From the NCBI GenBank assembly GCA_028023455.1, contig JAQFVV010000010.1:9982001-10046000 (forward strand): a DNA stretch of 64,000 bases, given 5' to 3'. The first letter of the stretch is position 1; the number at the start of each line of letters is the position of its first letter. Below are positions 27,287 through 40,547 of this stretch, one piece after another. The DNA comes from Epiperipatus broadwayi. Taxonomy: Eukaryota; Animalia; Onychophora. The notes beneath the pieces are model-generated. The model was not told where the DNA came from. It saw nothing but the letters and a program-made list of their open reading frames with translations, and did no database searches. The position numbers and the translations under genes were made by a program.

Positions 27287-27826
27287 TTGGGGAATGGCTT
27301 TACTGTTTTAGTGTATATATAATAGAATATCATATAACATATGAGTGTGTAAGTGTGTAATTATGTGCCAGATTATTTCTTTCATCTAGATTAACTGTTA
27401 AATGTAATTAGAAAAATTCAAATTATTTAAAGTCTTTAAATCCATTCTGCTATTAGTAAATAACACCCATTTAGTATATAATACATTTTGGGTGATATTC
27501 TCTCCAAATCTTGTTGGTCTAATCAATGATATTACTAGCATGGAAATTAAACTGTAGAACTTTAGTTTCATGAATGCTGAATTTAAGGTAGTATGCTAAT
27601 CAATTAGGCTTTTCAGTCAAAAGCAAGAGCCAGTAGAAATTTTATGTAGTTATCTATGAGAATCCTCTTGATTCTCTATTTTTTTTAATAGCTAAGTTAA
27701 TGAGCTCCAAACAGTGTGGATTATCACACTATGTTGACCTACTGGGGAAAATATAAAAACCTTCTTTAAATTTCCCTAATTTTACTTTTTGTTTCTATCC
27801 AATATTTGTATTTTTGCCCAATTGAA

Positions 27827-27990
27827 CATCATCATCATCTGGTTCATCAACCATTATCATCCACTGCAAGATGAAGATATCTCTTCATCCTCTCTTCTTC
27901 ACATCATCCCTGCATACTTTATTTCATCCACCAAACTTATATATGGTCTTTTTGGGGGTCTTTTAAATCTTTCAGTTAAACATATATATT
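27827..27990 (-). mobile_element. Probable RTE-like LINE 3' end with (GAT)n tail
   Basis: ERFKRPPKRPYISLVDEIK resembles the RTE terminal G.R.RGRP motif, followed by gatgatgatgatg. Confidence 0.45.
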
Positions 27991-29519
27991 CATTGATACA
28001 TACAAGGACAGCTACATTATACTATCTATTTTCTCTGTAATCATTAACTTATTTTTTTAAAATCACTTTCAGTGGGATTTCTAGTTCCATTAACATATGT
28101 CTTTTCACACTTTTTCTATTTCCATGTTGGTAGTATTATTGGTCAAGTCAGCAATACCTGAAGGATTACATAAAGCATTATATTATGTCCAAACCTGTTG
28201 GTTATTAGCTATTTGAAAAGGTTAAATAAAGTTTGAAGTTTTCTGAAAACATTTAACAATTAAATAAAATGATGGAAATAATCTAACATATAGGTTAAAT
28301 GCTGTCATTATACATTTTTAAAATATATAGAATTAAATTACTACTTATGCTCTTTAAATAATTGTAATTAATTAAAGTTCATATTATGGAATCTAGTTAA
28401 TAAAGCATGTACAAATCTTACAAATATTAATATTCAAATCCCTATTTTATCTTGTAATTATGAATATTTTAACTTAATTTCATTCTAGCAAAATACTGAT
28501 ATTTAAATTTGTTATTAAATATAAAATCCAGTAGTAAGCCAAAGACTGTATTTTTAAAACCCCTTTTGTTGATTAAAAAAACATAAACAATATGAGTATT
28601 ACAATTTTTGAGATTTTTACAAACTTTCTTATACAGGTTCCATTATATGAATTTCACTTTATATATATATGTATCTTGAAATGATCAGTTAATATGAGCA
28701 TTTCAATTGTTAAAAATTAAGGGTCACTTATCAAGTCATTTATTTATGAAAATTATAATAACTTGGTATTTTATTTTTGAAGATCAATTAAAATTTGGGG
28801 AAAAATAGTTATAAATCAAATAATTAGTTCAGAAACTGAATGGTATTATAAAAATATGATAAATATTTTAATTCCTATGTTCAATGATTTAAGTGAAATA
28901 CATACCTTTTTTGAATGTACAAACATTAAAATTAAATTTAATGTTTAAAAATGGATTTGGAAGTGCAAATGATGCACACCTCAATATACAAAGATGTTTA
29001 AACATATGCTAATATTTAAGAAATAAATCATATGAATAAATTATTTTATTAAAGTATAAAATAAATAATAATTTAATACATGAATATATGTTATACATCA
29101 GTAAATTGATTTAGTTTTATTCATTTAACAAGGTATACATATATCAATTAGGAGTTTGATAAAATTAAACAAAACTAATTTGTTCAAACAAGAGTTCAGT
29201 ATTCAACCTTAGAATTTAGTTGAATCAAAACATATATTCAATTTAGACGTTTGATTTTTAAAATGACATTAATTGAAATGATTTAATAAATATGAGTTTA
29301 ATTATTCCTCCCTAGTAAAATATAATTTTAATACTATCTTATGATTTACTATTGATAAACTCATGAAAAGTAATTAAAAAAAGAATTTCATACGTATAGT
29401 TTAAGCATTATTTTACATTTTGTAAATAATTTACTAAAATATTTAAAGTATTGTAAACTTTAAATATTTTTCTTTTCAAACAATAGTGAGATATTTATTT
29501 TTCAAAGGACTATTTACAC

Positions 29520-30175
29520 AAATGGCCTAGTAGAACTTTCCGGTCGTCGCCCCCCCCCCCCTCCAAATTTCTAACGCTATATGCGACTTTATATATGTGT
29601 TTAATTAAGAACTGATAATATTTCGTAATTCAAACTTTAATAATCCTACTATTTTATAGTATTCTTAACAATGGATTATATAAAGATATTTATCTATTAT
29701 ATTGATTCCAAAATTTATTTAAATAGTAAAAAAGAAAAAAAGGACAGTATAAATTTAATTGGATTCAATGAAAAGAACATTATAGTAAATAGTATTATAA
29801 CTTTACTTATGTTATTATTATCGGAGGTTGACATCTGCTTTAATAATTTCAAAAATTTTCAGCGTTTTATAATAATAGATTTACGTTTATAAATCGTATA
29901 AGTCTAATCGTAGCTGGTTAAAAATGAGACACTGTCTTTCTCCTGCAATAGATTAACTAAATTTGTACAATTCAATATTTGATTATAACAGGCACACAAT
30001 AGACTCAAGCCTTGATGTAAGCATAGTCAGTGAGAGATGGCGTATATACATATGCATTCTAAATGTAAGTGATTCACTTAAGTTTTTTAAACTCTTACAG
30101 GCGGGCGAGTGCGTGGAGATTTATATTTAAGAAATAGCGCATTATCGGAGGTTGACTTCCGCTTTAATAATTTTA
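29520..30175. promoter_or_regulatory. CpG-enriched promoter-like patch
   Basis: Local CpG excess, ETS-like ttccgg and acttccgc, YY1-like gatggcg followed by a gtaagt donor; 33-bp direct repeat. Confidence 0.35.
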
Positions 30176-33100
30176 TGTTTGAAATGTATAGTGATATTTG
30201 AAGAACATAAAAATTTAAAAAAAAATGTTTTAAGTTAGATCATATAATAATCTAATTTTTACTCATGTTTATTATTATATACTAATTTAATAAGATAAAG
30301 ATTTTGGTTTAAATTGTATATATTTTTATGATAGCATGAATCTCAAATTGTAAATTCTAAAATTATTTGTACTTCATTTCAAACTTAATCACTAACATTA
30401 TTAAAATATATTGTTTTATACAAAATGTGTTTAATTTATTTTTGAATTTACATTATTATTCCACGAATACAATTAATCTGATGCAGACAAATATCATAGA
30501 TAAATATAATAGAATGAGAGTAAATTAATTAATTTCGTAGTCATTTTAATTAAGTCTATTAATTTTCTTTATATAACTTATTTGTACTTTTTTTTTCATA
30601 CAATGTGAAAAATAAGAAAATCACACTTATAAACATTTCATATCGTTATTATTGTTATTATTTCCATATCTATGTAATGATTTTGATTACAAAGCATATA
30701 TACACCAACAACATGTAATGCTAGAATACTAACAATTCATTGTTTGCTAATGGTTGGTGGAATTTTATATGATCATCATATAAAAGCTTTTCACAGCATT
30801 ATAAAATAGTTTTGCTTATTTCTATATCATTATTTATTTACCTATAGACAAAAGAGCTCATTTATTAATGGATATTTCTTTATTGTAATGAAACATTATC
30901 AATATCATTCTATAAAACAATGTATTTTATTATATAAACTAATTGAAAGCTTAAAAATGGATTCATGTTGTTCATAAACATTATATAAATTGGATTATAC
31001 TTATACAATATTATCTCATGAACATATTCATTTTAAGAGAAGTTACCATGATGGAAATGATTATAATGATGCTTTTAATTAATCGTTTATCCTATTTTAT
31101 TTTTATACAATAGATTAGTGTTAACTCGACTTTGATTCATGAACCTTGAGATCCTGAGTACTCTACCATTGCACCAAACCATGCACTATAATGAGGCTAT
31201 TACACTCCAAAATTATTTCCTTTTTATCATAATTTTTGAAAAAGGTTTGCATTATTATTGATAATAAATATAGTATCAATCTCTTTCAAATTCCTCGCCA
31301 TTTTTATGAAGAATAGTTTTCCAATATCAAGAGTTTACTATTTCCTGATTTAATTCAGAACTAATCTACAGATTTATATGTGGTTGTTGTTATCAGTTAT
31401 TCATTTCACAATTAATTAATTTCATTTAATCAATAATTGGATGAAACCCTTGGCTAGGTCAATTTACCTATTGAATACTATATATATGTTGACATACACA
31501 TGCTGACTATTATAACATATATGGTCTAATGTTTTTTAAAATAACTTCCAGATCATATGATATAGTCTTTCATTAGAATACGATAGAAACTTCTTGAAAA
31601 TGTTATAAAAATGTGGGCTTTACTATCTGAAAAACCTTACTATGTTATTCTTATGGAATATTGTATTATATGATCTGGTAGTTTTTGTGAGTATATTGTG
31701 GGTAGAGAGTTAGTAATAAAAACAAACATCAATAAATATAAACACAATAAATGAACAAAGAATCAGTATCAGAATTCAATGTAAGTATTAAACATATAAA
31801 AAAATACTAGGATCATTATAGCAATCAATGCTGATCATCATCAATGATGAACATAAGGTCCCATAAGTGTACTGGTCATTAATGAACTAGTAACCATAAT
31901 AAAACATAAAGTGAATAAATTTTATAGATGATCTTCATTACTGCATTACCATCAAAATAATTCTAAAGATATTCATATAGAAGTCCACATACAATTCATC
32001 TCATATATCATTAGCCCAGAGCTATTTGGGATTGCAAGGATTCTGATGATTGTAAACAAGATACTATCCACATTACTTAATCTATACCATATTAAATAAC
32101 TTGACTGGAATAACTTAAAATAATGATTACCAACTTTATTGGTTAATTAGAAGTAAAAATAATAATAATAAAGATAGGTCTAATCAATATAAGATTCTGA
32201 TTTTGACTATTTACAAAATATCTTAAAATATTTCAATTGATGCAGTTTAGAGCAATATAGTTCATATAACACACACATATATAAGCATACATGAACAATA
32301 ATACAAAATATTTTAATTATTGTTATTTTCATTAACTGTACAGATTAATATTATTCTCTTTTAATAAAACAAATAATTAAACAATCAAACAAATATATAT
32401 TAGAAGCTCATATCAAAGTGTATTGTGATATAAAAATAATATTTTAATTATTAATTCTTAATTTTCTTTAGTTTGTAAACTGAATTATTTTTGTAGTATA
32501 ATTACTTGTTACTAAAATACACATTCCATTTTATTTTTTTAACCATATGAATGACATAATAAAATGTAAAATATATACACATAGAATTAATATTTCCTGG
32601 AAACTTGTAAACTTGTCATATATTACTGATCGGTCACTTTTATTTTTTTTCCTGAATACTTTTTTCATTAACTGGATAATTTATTCAGTTTATTTGAAAA
32701 TTGTTTAAAAATTCATACTATATAATAGATGTCAAATGCACTTTCTTTTGGGCAATAAATAGAAATAGATTTTTAGTAATGGCAGATTTAATAATTGAAA
32801 TTATATGCCAATATTAATATAAATTTTACTCACTTGCCAATTTCTTCCATCTGTGCTTCAAATATATGTAAAAAATATTAGTATCAGCATTTCTATGTAA
32901 CAAATTTCTTCTATCAGTACAACTATGTGTTGATCATAGAAGAATATGTATCACTGGAACCTATTAAGAGATTGCTTTTTCATATAGATTATTAAAATTA
33001 TATATTCTAATTAATTGATAAACAAAGTAAAAGTTGGCAGTTCTGAAAGTTTAACTTCCATAATTGTATGAATTTAATCTAGACAAGCAGTATTGATTTC

Positions 33101-34624
33101 ACACCTAATAGGATATAAAACATGAAAAAACTGTCCCATTTTATTTTTTCAGAAGTTCAAATGCAACCAATATAGCAATTTTGAAATTGATTTTCTACAT
33201 ACTAATCTCAGTTAAACTGAACTTACTGTTTATGACAGATACACTAACAAGCTGACTAATAGTAAGTTTTTCTTTCTTGATTAATAAAAACAAGATAAGT
33301 AAATTACTATTATTTTGATTTTAATTTTCTTTCATTAACTGATTTTGTTTTAATTATGAAACATTCTTGAGCGGAAGTCAAGAAATTGTATTTGCATTTT
33401 TTGTTCTGTGCTAAGAAATTTTGTGAAGCCTTTTTTAATAGCTTCAAAATTTACATATATATTTATTCTAATATTTTAATTTTAAAAAAATTCAAAAGAT
33501 GGCAGGATAATCAAATAAGTGGGTCTTCAGAGTTTCTTAAACTTTACAATGATAGGTGTCTTTTATATATTTGGTGATCACAAACTTTGCAAGATTATTT
33601 TGAGAAAATATTATGATGATCTAAAAACTTGATTTTTTGGTAAGGTTATGATTATTTTTGTATCATAATTGTGTATTAATTATTAAAAATCAAAAATATA
33701 TATTAATACATATTTATATTTTACAGAAATGTTTTAATTTTAATTATAAAAGGATATATTCTTCTTTGTAACATAACCATAGAAATTAAGATCTTGAGAA
33801 ATACAAATGTTTAGAAATGATATCACTTAACAGGTTGCTGTAATATTTAGGGATACTGTAAAAATTATGAAATTTTTTTAAATCTTTAAAGCATAAATTG
33901 ATAGATTTACTAGATATTAAAAATAATTTGTTCAAATTTTTAAGACAAACATCAATCAAAGAAGATTTCATTCATTTTGCAAATTGAATTTGCTCCACCT
34001 GAAATTTGATGATGTATTAGCATTTTGTTTGGATTAAAATGTAATTTTTAAAATAATTCCAAAAAGCAAATATAATTTTTTTAAATTTATTTAATTTCTA
34101 AACAAAAATGTCTATCAAATGAGATCAAGTTTATTATAGTTTGATAAATAACAATGGTTTAATATTAAAATAAAATTGAAAGCTTAAATCTAGTGAGAAC
34201 AAAGAAATCTGTCAGAATGTTAGTGGAGTGTAAAAGGATTAAGCTTAAAAATAAGTTTTAATTTTAAAAAATCTTTTTTAAACCTTTTAGTAAAACAAAG
34301 TAGAATTAAGTCTACAGTTAATGTGTGTTACAAAAAAAGTTGGTTTAGACAAAAATATTTTTCTTTCTTTATTACATTAAAAATTTAGATTTTTGTCAAA
34401 ATCAGATATAAAAAAAAATATTTGCACTAAAAAGAGATTTTTTATATTTAATTGTAAATAATTTAGTACTTTAAAAATATCAAAAAATATTATTGCTTAA
34501 CCAATATTTCAATTATCCCAGATTTTATTTTAAATAATTATATATATATATTATCACTGTTCATTTCTGTTATTTCTTTTAAGTTTTAAATATTTGCAAG
34601 GAAATCAAGTCATACATCATGTGA

Positions 34625-34661
34625 CTCACTGATGAAAGTCAGAGCTAGAAACTGATCTGAG
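34625..34661 (+). ncRNA. Family A-like hammerhead motif, decayed helices
   Basis: CTCA CTGATGA A AGTCAGAGCT A GAAA CTGA TC TGAG; helix I CTCA/TGAG is perfect. Confidence 0.55.
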
Positions 34662-35701
34662 GATAGGGACATTCTGAAAAGCTTGTTAAGAACTATTGGC
34701 ATGTTCATGATAAGTTTTAAATATATATGCACACATATACTATGTTGTGTGCAATGAAAGAAATTGTCTTAATATAGAAATATTTATATTATAAATGAAT
34801 ATTTCAAAAAAGAAAAAAGCCTGTAAAAATTTATGATATTGAGATGTAAGAATATATTGGATTAAGATTGTGTCAAGCAATGGACAATTATCAATGATGA
34901 GGATTAAGTTATTTTTTTCATGAGCATAATGTGGTATTATTGAATTATCAGAAATTGGCTTTGGAAACAACTTTTACCTCACAAGAATTATTAAATATGG
35001 AAAAAAAAAATTTTGTTAAAAAATAGAGTATAAACTTCTTAAATCTGATCCATATAAGAAAATATTATTATATTAGTAAATACCATGGTTTGGACAACTG
35101 GAAGAGCATCTGATTTTGGATTGAGAGATCCCAGAATTGATTTTGACAGTCACACGTCTGTTGCTCAACTTCTTATGAATTTCCGAGCAATAAAGCCATA
35201 TGTCTTTTTTATTATTATTATTTTAGTTTGTAATGTCTATTTATAGTTCAAAAAGTTTAGATAATAAATTCAAAACAGATAATGAACATAATAAGCATAA
35301 CATTAGTAAATTACCTTTTTAGAAATAAAAGTTTTTAACAAGTATCTAATAAATAATATGTTAACACCATATGTATTATTTTAGAATAAACTTATTATAA
35401 AATGATAATATTATTATATTTGTTTTTGAGTTAACTTAATTATTAAATAAAATATATTACTGAATAAGTAAATCAAAAGTTTGAAATCATACATAATAAT
35501 AGAAATAACTAAAAACAAACAATAAATTCAGATTAATATCTGAAAAACAATTATCAGCAAACTGATATTTAGCATATACTAAATAAAATATCATAAGACT
35601 CTGCCAATTTATCTTCAATACCTGCATTTGCAGCAGCAATCTATCCATTGTAGACTTGAGAAATCAATAGTCATTAAGTGTGTTAATACAATCCAAAGCA
35701 C

Positions 35702-35739
35702 ATCACTGATGAAAATCAATAATCAGAAACTAATCTGAG
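35702..35739 (+). ncRNA. Family A-like hammerhead motif, decayed helix II
   Basis: atca CTGATGA A AATCAATAATC A GAAA CTAA TC TGAG. Confidence 0.5.
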
Positions 35740-36415
35740 AATTTGAGTGTGGACTGCCATCTAGTGTCCATTAAATAAGCTTAAATTGGATGGATTTGGA
35801 TTTGGCCAAATAAAATGGATTGTTTCCAAATTAAAATTTATTCAGTATAGACAGCTAAATCTGGACTATAACTTTATTGTAGATTACTATAGTTATATAC
35901 AAAATAAGCAATGTCAATAGAAATTAAATTAAGTTTACTTATAGGAAGTTGTCTAGACAAATTAATTTTGTAACCAAAATTTAATATCCAGTACAATACT
36001 TTAAAGAAAACTTTCCATACAATTCCTTTCATGTATAAAAATATCTGATAGTGAATATAATATAAATATGTGGCTATAAAAAAAAAGGTCACTTAAATTT
36101 TTCCATTTCATTAATTTAAAATTGTCTAGTTACATAATATACCCACTTAATGGCACATAATGTCTGAATACTAAATGCATGGTTCAACTCTATTTAGCCA
36201 AGCTATTACATATAAAGGAAAATTCAATAACCTTATTTTAAAAATAGATCTGTCTTAATCATCTGCACCTATTAAGAGATGTAAATATTAAAGAAATTGA
36301 GAGTTTAAAACATTCTTTATATACAATCAATACTAAAAACATTTAAACTTTAAAGTCAAATTGGTTATAATCTAAAAATTCTGTTTTTTCAATGCAGATG
36401 TTCATGTGTTTCAAG

Positions 36416-36477
36416 TCTCCAATTCACCTGATGAATGTAAGTAAGTTCATTGCATGAAATATATGTATATTGAGAGA
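36416..36477 (+). ncRNA. Type I hammerhead ribozyme with 6-bp helix II and bulged helix I
   Basis: TCTC caat TCAC CTGATGA ATGTAA GTAAGTTCA TTGCAT GAAA TATATGTA TA TTGA GAGA. Confidence 0.7.
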
Positions 36478-37229
36478 GATTGATCTAGGACATTTCTCAC
36501 AAATAATTGCTCAGGATTTATAATGGATTTCAGAGAAGTGCGGTATAATTTTGGGAGATCTGATTGATTACAGACATTTTTCAGCTGTATTATTAAACTG
36601 ATTACACATATATATGTATATATATTGTGACGTTCACACATACTGTGATCCCACATGTGTACATTTAATATATCGTATAATATTAAATGTGATTTTTATG
36701 TAAACTAAGTTATAGAAATTGGATATAGAAAAATAAAATAAATTTATTTTAAGTTAAGTTTTAATTAAAAAAGCAAGATGGTAGCTGAGGAATGCAAGTA
36801 ATTAAAAAAATCAATTATGGTGATTAAAGAAAGTGAATGAAGGTAAGCAACCAAGATCCTTATCTTCCACCTTCCAATGTTAACTTTTTTAGAATTTAAA
36901 ATTAGTAAAGTTAAGAGAATAGTAAAATAAGATCATCGAAGTTGATGATTAAATCTTAAAGGGAAAAGTAAATAAAAAGGGTTAATGATTGTAGAATTAG
37001 CAATCGTAAATTTTCGGTCGCAATTATAAATAAAAAATAAATAGATTTACAAAAAAAGATAAAAATCATCTCTTCAAAATACACATGTGAATGCATGAAA
37101 TATATGTATAGGTGTGTAAAATAAAGAGTGTGTAAATAAGAAAATTATTTTATTAAAAAAGAAATGGAAGTAAATAAAATAAAATAAATAACCCTGTGAA
37201 CAAAAATTTACCAAGAAGGTGAAACACCG

Positions 37230-37560
37230 AGAATGCAGGGCTAAGGGGTCACAAACGGACGCCAGTTAATCCACGCTCACCTTGGGTGTAAAGTCATCTT
37301 CCCCATGAAGTAATAGTAGAGATAGCACCTGCCTGATGGTTCACCTTCCCTGTCCTGGAAGCCTCAAGAATACGACCTAAGTAAGCTGCAAGAAAGAATC
37401 CAGCCGGATCCCAAGAATTTCCATCTCTACAAAAGAAGTGGAGTAATCCACAGGATGGATAATAATTCCCTCGTCAATGTCCAGAAAACCTAGGTAAATT
37501 AACTTTAATATAACACGTGTGCACACACTTTCGTAAATGGCCACATTAATTAAAAAATGC
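37230..37560 (-). mobile_element. Probable DIRS-like (tyrosine-recombinase retroelement) RT fragment
   Basis: One frame with three stops: LGFLDIDEGIIIHP..EMEILGIRLDS..LRLPGQGR*TIRQVLSLL..VSVD*LAS, resembling DIRS LGF.IN.EKS..P...EFLG..IDS..LP..VR.LAS. Confidence 0.5.
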
Positions 37561-38276
37561 AATTGCAAATGTGAATCTGAATGAATAAAATAATTAGCAG
37601 TTTTTTGTATCAAAGAATACGTAAGAAAAGACTATAAGCTATAAAATATCTACATATACATGTTTAGTATCAAAGAATTATCATTATTAGTGTGAATAAT
37701 TAAATTAAATATAATTTGTGTTCTTTAAATGATTGCTTGTTTTATGTTGAAGTATTATATTTTAATGTTTATGAATGTATTATATTAAACAATATTTGTT
37801 TATAAATAGCTCCTTAAGTCTCATCTTTCCTTCTTCACCATACTAATTATAATGATATACCCGTAGGGTTATAAAATACTAATTAGACATTTATTCTAGC
37901 AAGAGTTCACGTGTCGATAGAGTGCAGTAATATAAATCTCGCAAAAATTATTAAATCTTTCAAGCGCTGGATTATTTTAAATAAATCATTCTTATGATTT
38001 AATATCCAGCAGTCGAAGAAGCATCTGATCGGGAAAGATAGTACTGAAATATGCCATTGGTAACCTCGGTATTCGATCAGGAATATAGACTTAATTAATG
38101 AGTCTATATTTGCTTCTTTGCTTGACGTGACAGTCGTTTCGATCGTAAAGTGTAAAATTAAACGTTTACAGACGGTACGAAAAGGTAATTCTGTTACAAT
38201 ATATATCTTCAATATCAATATTACCGAAATTTAAAAAAAAAAAAGAGTATTTTTTAAGAACAAAATATATTTTCAG

Positions 38277-38379
38277 GTCAAGCGTTGGTGGTCGAGAGGT
38301 CAGCACAGATGCCTTATAAGCAGTTGTCCTGGGTTAGCGGGTTCACTTCCCGGCAATGCTATGACACATGAAAAAAAAA
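38277..38379 (+). mobile_element. tRNA-Gly(TCC)-derived SINE or pseudo-tRNA
   Basis: gcgttggtggtcgagaggtcagcacagatgccttataagcagttg...gggttcacttcccggcaatgc resembles eukaryotic tRNA-Gly-TCC, with an extra segment of about 10 nt and an A tail; second copy at 62982. Confidence 0.7.
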
Positions 38380-38583
38380 TTTTTTTTTCATATCAACAAT
38401 CTGACTTTTTTTAGGTGTATCACTTATTTATGTTCCTCTGCATAAATAATCAGATAGTATGAGACTATTATTGTTTGCATACTATATCACTATTATTTAT
38501 GAAGACAACTTATTTTTTAAAAAATGAATCATAAAGTTATTCAGTGTATATTTCTATAACTAAATAGTTACTATTTAGTAGAC

Positions 38584-39580
38584 TAAAGGTTATCAAACTG
38601 GCAGCCCATGGATTACATGTAGCCTGCAAAACAATTTTTTGTTGTCACTGATGCTTTGAGAAGTACAAAAAAGGGTGTTGATTTTTATAATAAAACAGAA
38701 TATTGATTTAAACATTTGATATATTTATTTTTATATGACATTTATGATTATAACATGGAAGCAGTAATTGCTGTAATATAATTATAATAATAAAATTTAT
38801 ATTGCAATTTTAGCATTACAAATGATTCTAATGAATTATAAATTATATTTATGCCTTTACTGTTAATTTATTGTTGCTACAACAAGCATGCAGAAAAGCT
38901 TGAATTCTATTGGCTAACAGCTGTTTATATGATACATGCAGTATCCATGCTCCAATCATCTGCTAAAATCAGTCAGCAATCTTCTGATACAAGCAACATA
39001 TTCTAGATGTGGTATAATCCGCTTTTTTGTTATTTTTTTATTGATGATTTTTAATTTTTGCATTTTATTTGATAAATTTAATTTCAATAATGGAATTAAC
39101 TATGGAAATGCATTTTAATAAAATTATTCTTAACGTTATAAATGGTACTTTCTACGACAATAAGAAAAATAAAATTTTCTGATAAGGAAAAAAAATTATA
39201 CGAAAAATTGGAATTGAAATACTTCTGCATTAAAATAAAGGTCAAAATGGCGTGCTTTATTTGTAATGAAACAAATAGTGTCACCAAGAATATAATATAA
39301 AAAAGCACTATAATAAAATTCATAAAGAATAATATCCATACTTTGAGAATAAACTGAGAGGTTTCTTAGTTAAGATAAAAGCAGCCAAAACATCTCTACC
39401 AAAAATGAGCAAGTATTTTGCAATATTTCTTTAGCCAGAAATACTTTGATTAAAAGAATAACTGAAATAGCAGATAATCTGCATGACTAATTGAAAGAAA
39501 TATCCACAAGCCTTCAGTACTTTTTAAAAGCATTTAATGAAAGTTTTGATACTGGTGGCATGACTCAAGTTGCTGTTTCT
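38584..39580 (+). mobile_element. hAT (SPIN/GTF2IRD2-like) transposon, decayed 5' part
   Basis: TIR-like start aaaggttatcaaactggcagcccatgg; KMACFICNETNSVTK.YNIKKHY (BED finger); NISLARNTLIKRITEIADNL..FNESFD...TQVAV. Confidence 0.85.
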
Positions 39581-40014
39581 TTGGATTTGTGGTAGTAATA
39601 TAAATATTATTAAAGAATTTCTGTGCATATTATTTCTTCATTAATCTTCTATAGTTAATGTCATTTTTGATGCTGTGTAGAATATTTTGAGAAAATGTCC
39701 AGTTTCTCCCAAAAGGTTCATAGCTGGGAAACCAATGGTGCTTCAGCATTGACAAGCAAAAGTAAAGATTTTGTACTAAGTCTTGAAGCAGAATTAAAAG
39801 AATTGTGTTTAGATATTTAAAACTGCAGTCTTTACACTGCATTATTTATCATTAGGATCTGTGCTCTAAATTACTGAAAATGAATAGTATGTTCAAATAT
39901 ATGTCAAATACTATGAACTCCTTAATTAGAAGGGATTTGAACTCAGACTTTCAAGCTCCTTACAGCTATTCACTGCATCTTATACAACACCACTTTCATG
40001 CAAAAAATATCAAT

Positions 40015-40069
40015 GATCTCCAATATATGAATTTTGTGCTGAACCAGCACTCATCAATTGGACCAGATC
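40015..40069 (-). ncRNA. Family C hammerhead, decayed (C3>U, G12>A)
   Basis: Reverse complement: GATCT ggt CCAA TTGATGA GTGCTG GTT CAGCAC AAAA TTCATA TA TTGG AGATC. Confidence 0.6.
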
Positions 40070-40492
40070 ATTATCTCTCTCACACATACACATATATAAT
40101 CAGTTACCAGTTTATATTAAGATAGCAAATCTTCAAACTTTAATGGACACTCTTCAGCCATTCAAATCATTGAAAATCTGATAATGGAATGCTCAAAGCT
40201 CTTGTTGATGCCAATATTTAGTCACGCTGACCCCTCAAATATAGGACCTTAATGTCTATTTAAATACACAGAAAGTCCTATATATGAGGGGTCTGAGTGA
40301 CTTAAAGTCAATATGGATATTACAATAATATTGGCATCAACAATCACTTTGAGCATTCCATCATCAGATTTTCAATTATATAGATGGCTGAAAAGTTGGA
40401 GGGATGAAGAAGATTGAAATATGTCCATTAAAGTTTAAAGATTTGCTTTTTTAATATAAACTGAGTGCTGTTTATACATGTGTGTGAGAGAT

Positions 40493-40547
40493 GATCTGAA
40501 TCAACTGATGAGTGCTGGTTCAGCATGAAATATGTATATTGGAGATC
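40493..40547 (+). ncRNA. Family C type I hammerhead ribozyme, intact core
   Basis: GATCT gaa TCAA CTGATGA GTGCTG GTT CAGCAT GAAA TATGTA TA TTGG AGATC: bulged 9-bp helix I, 6-bp helix II, near-palindromic helix III, AUA triplet. Confidence 0.85.

Noticed and set aside
36398-36436. Apparent 39-nt plus-strand exon (DVHVFQVSNSPDE)
   Set aside because: It overlaps a well-formed hammerhead and no linked exons could be supported, so it is not called as CDS.
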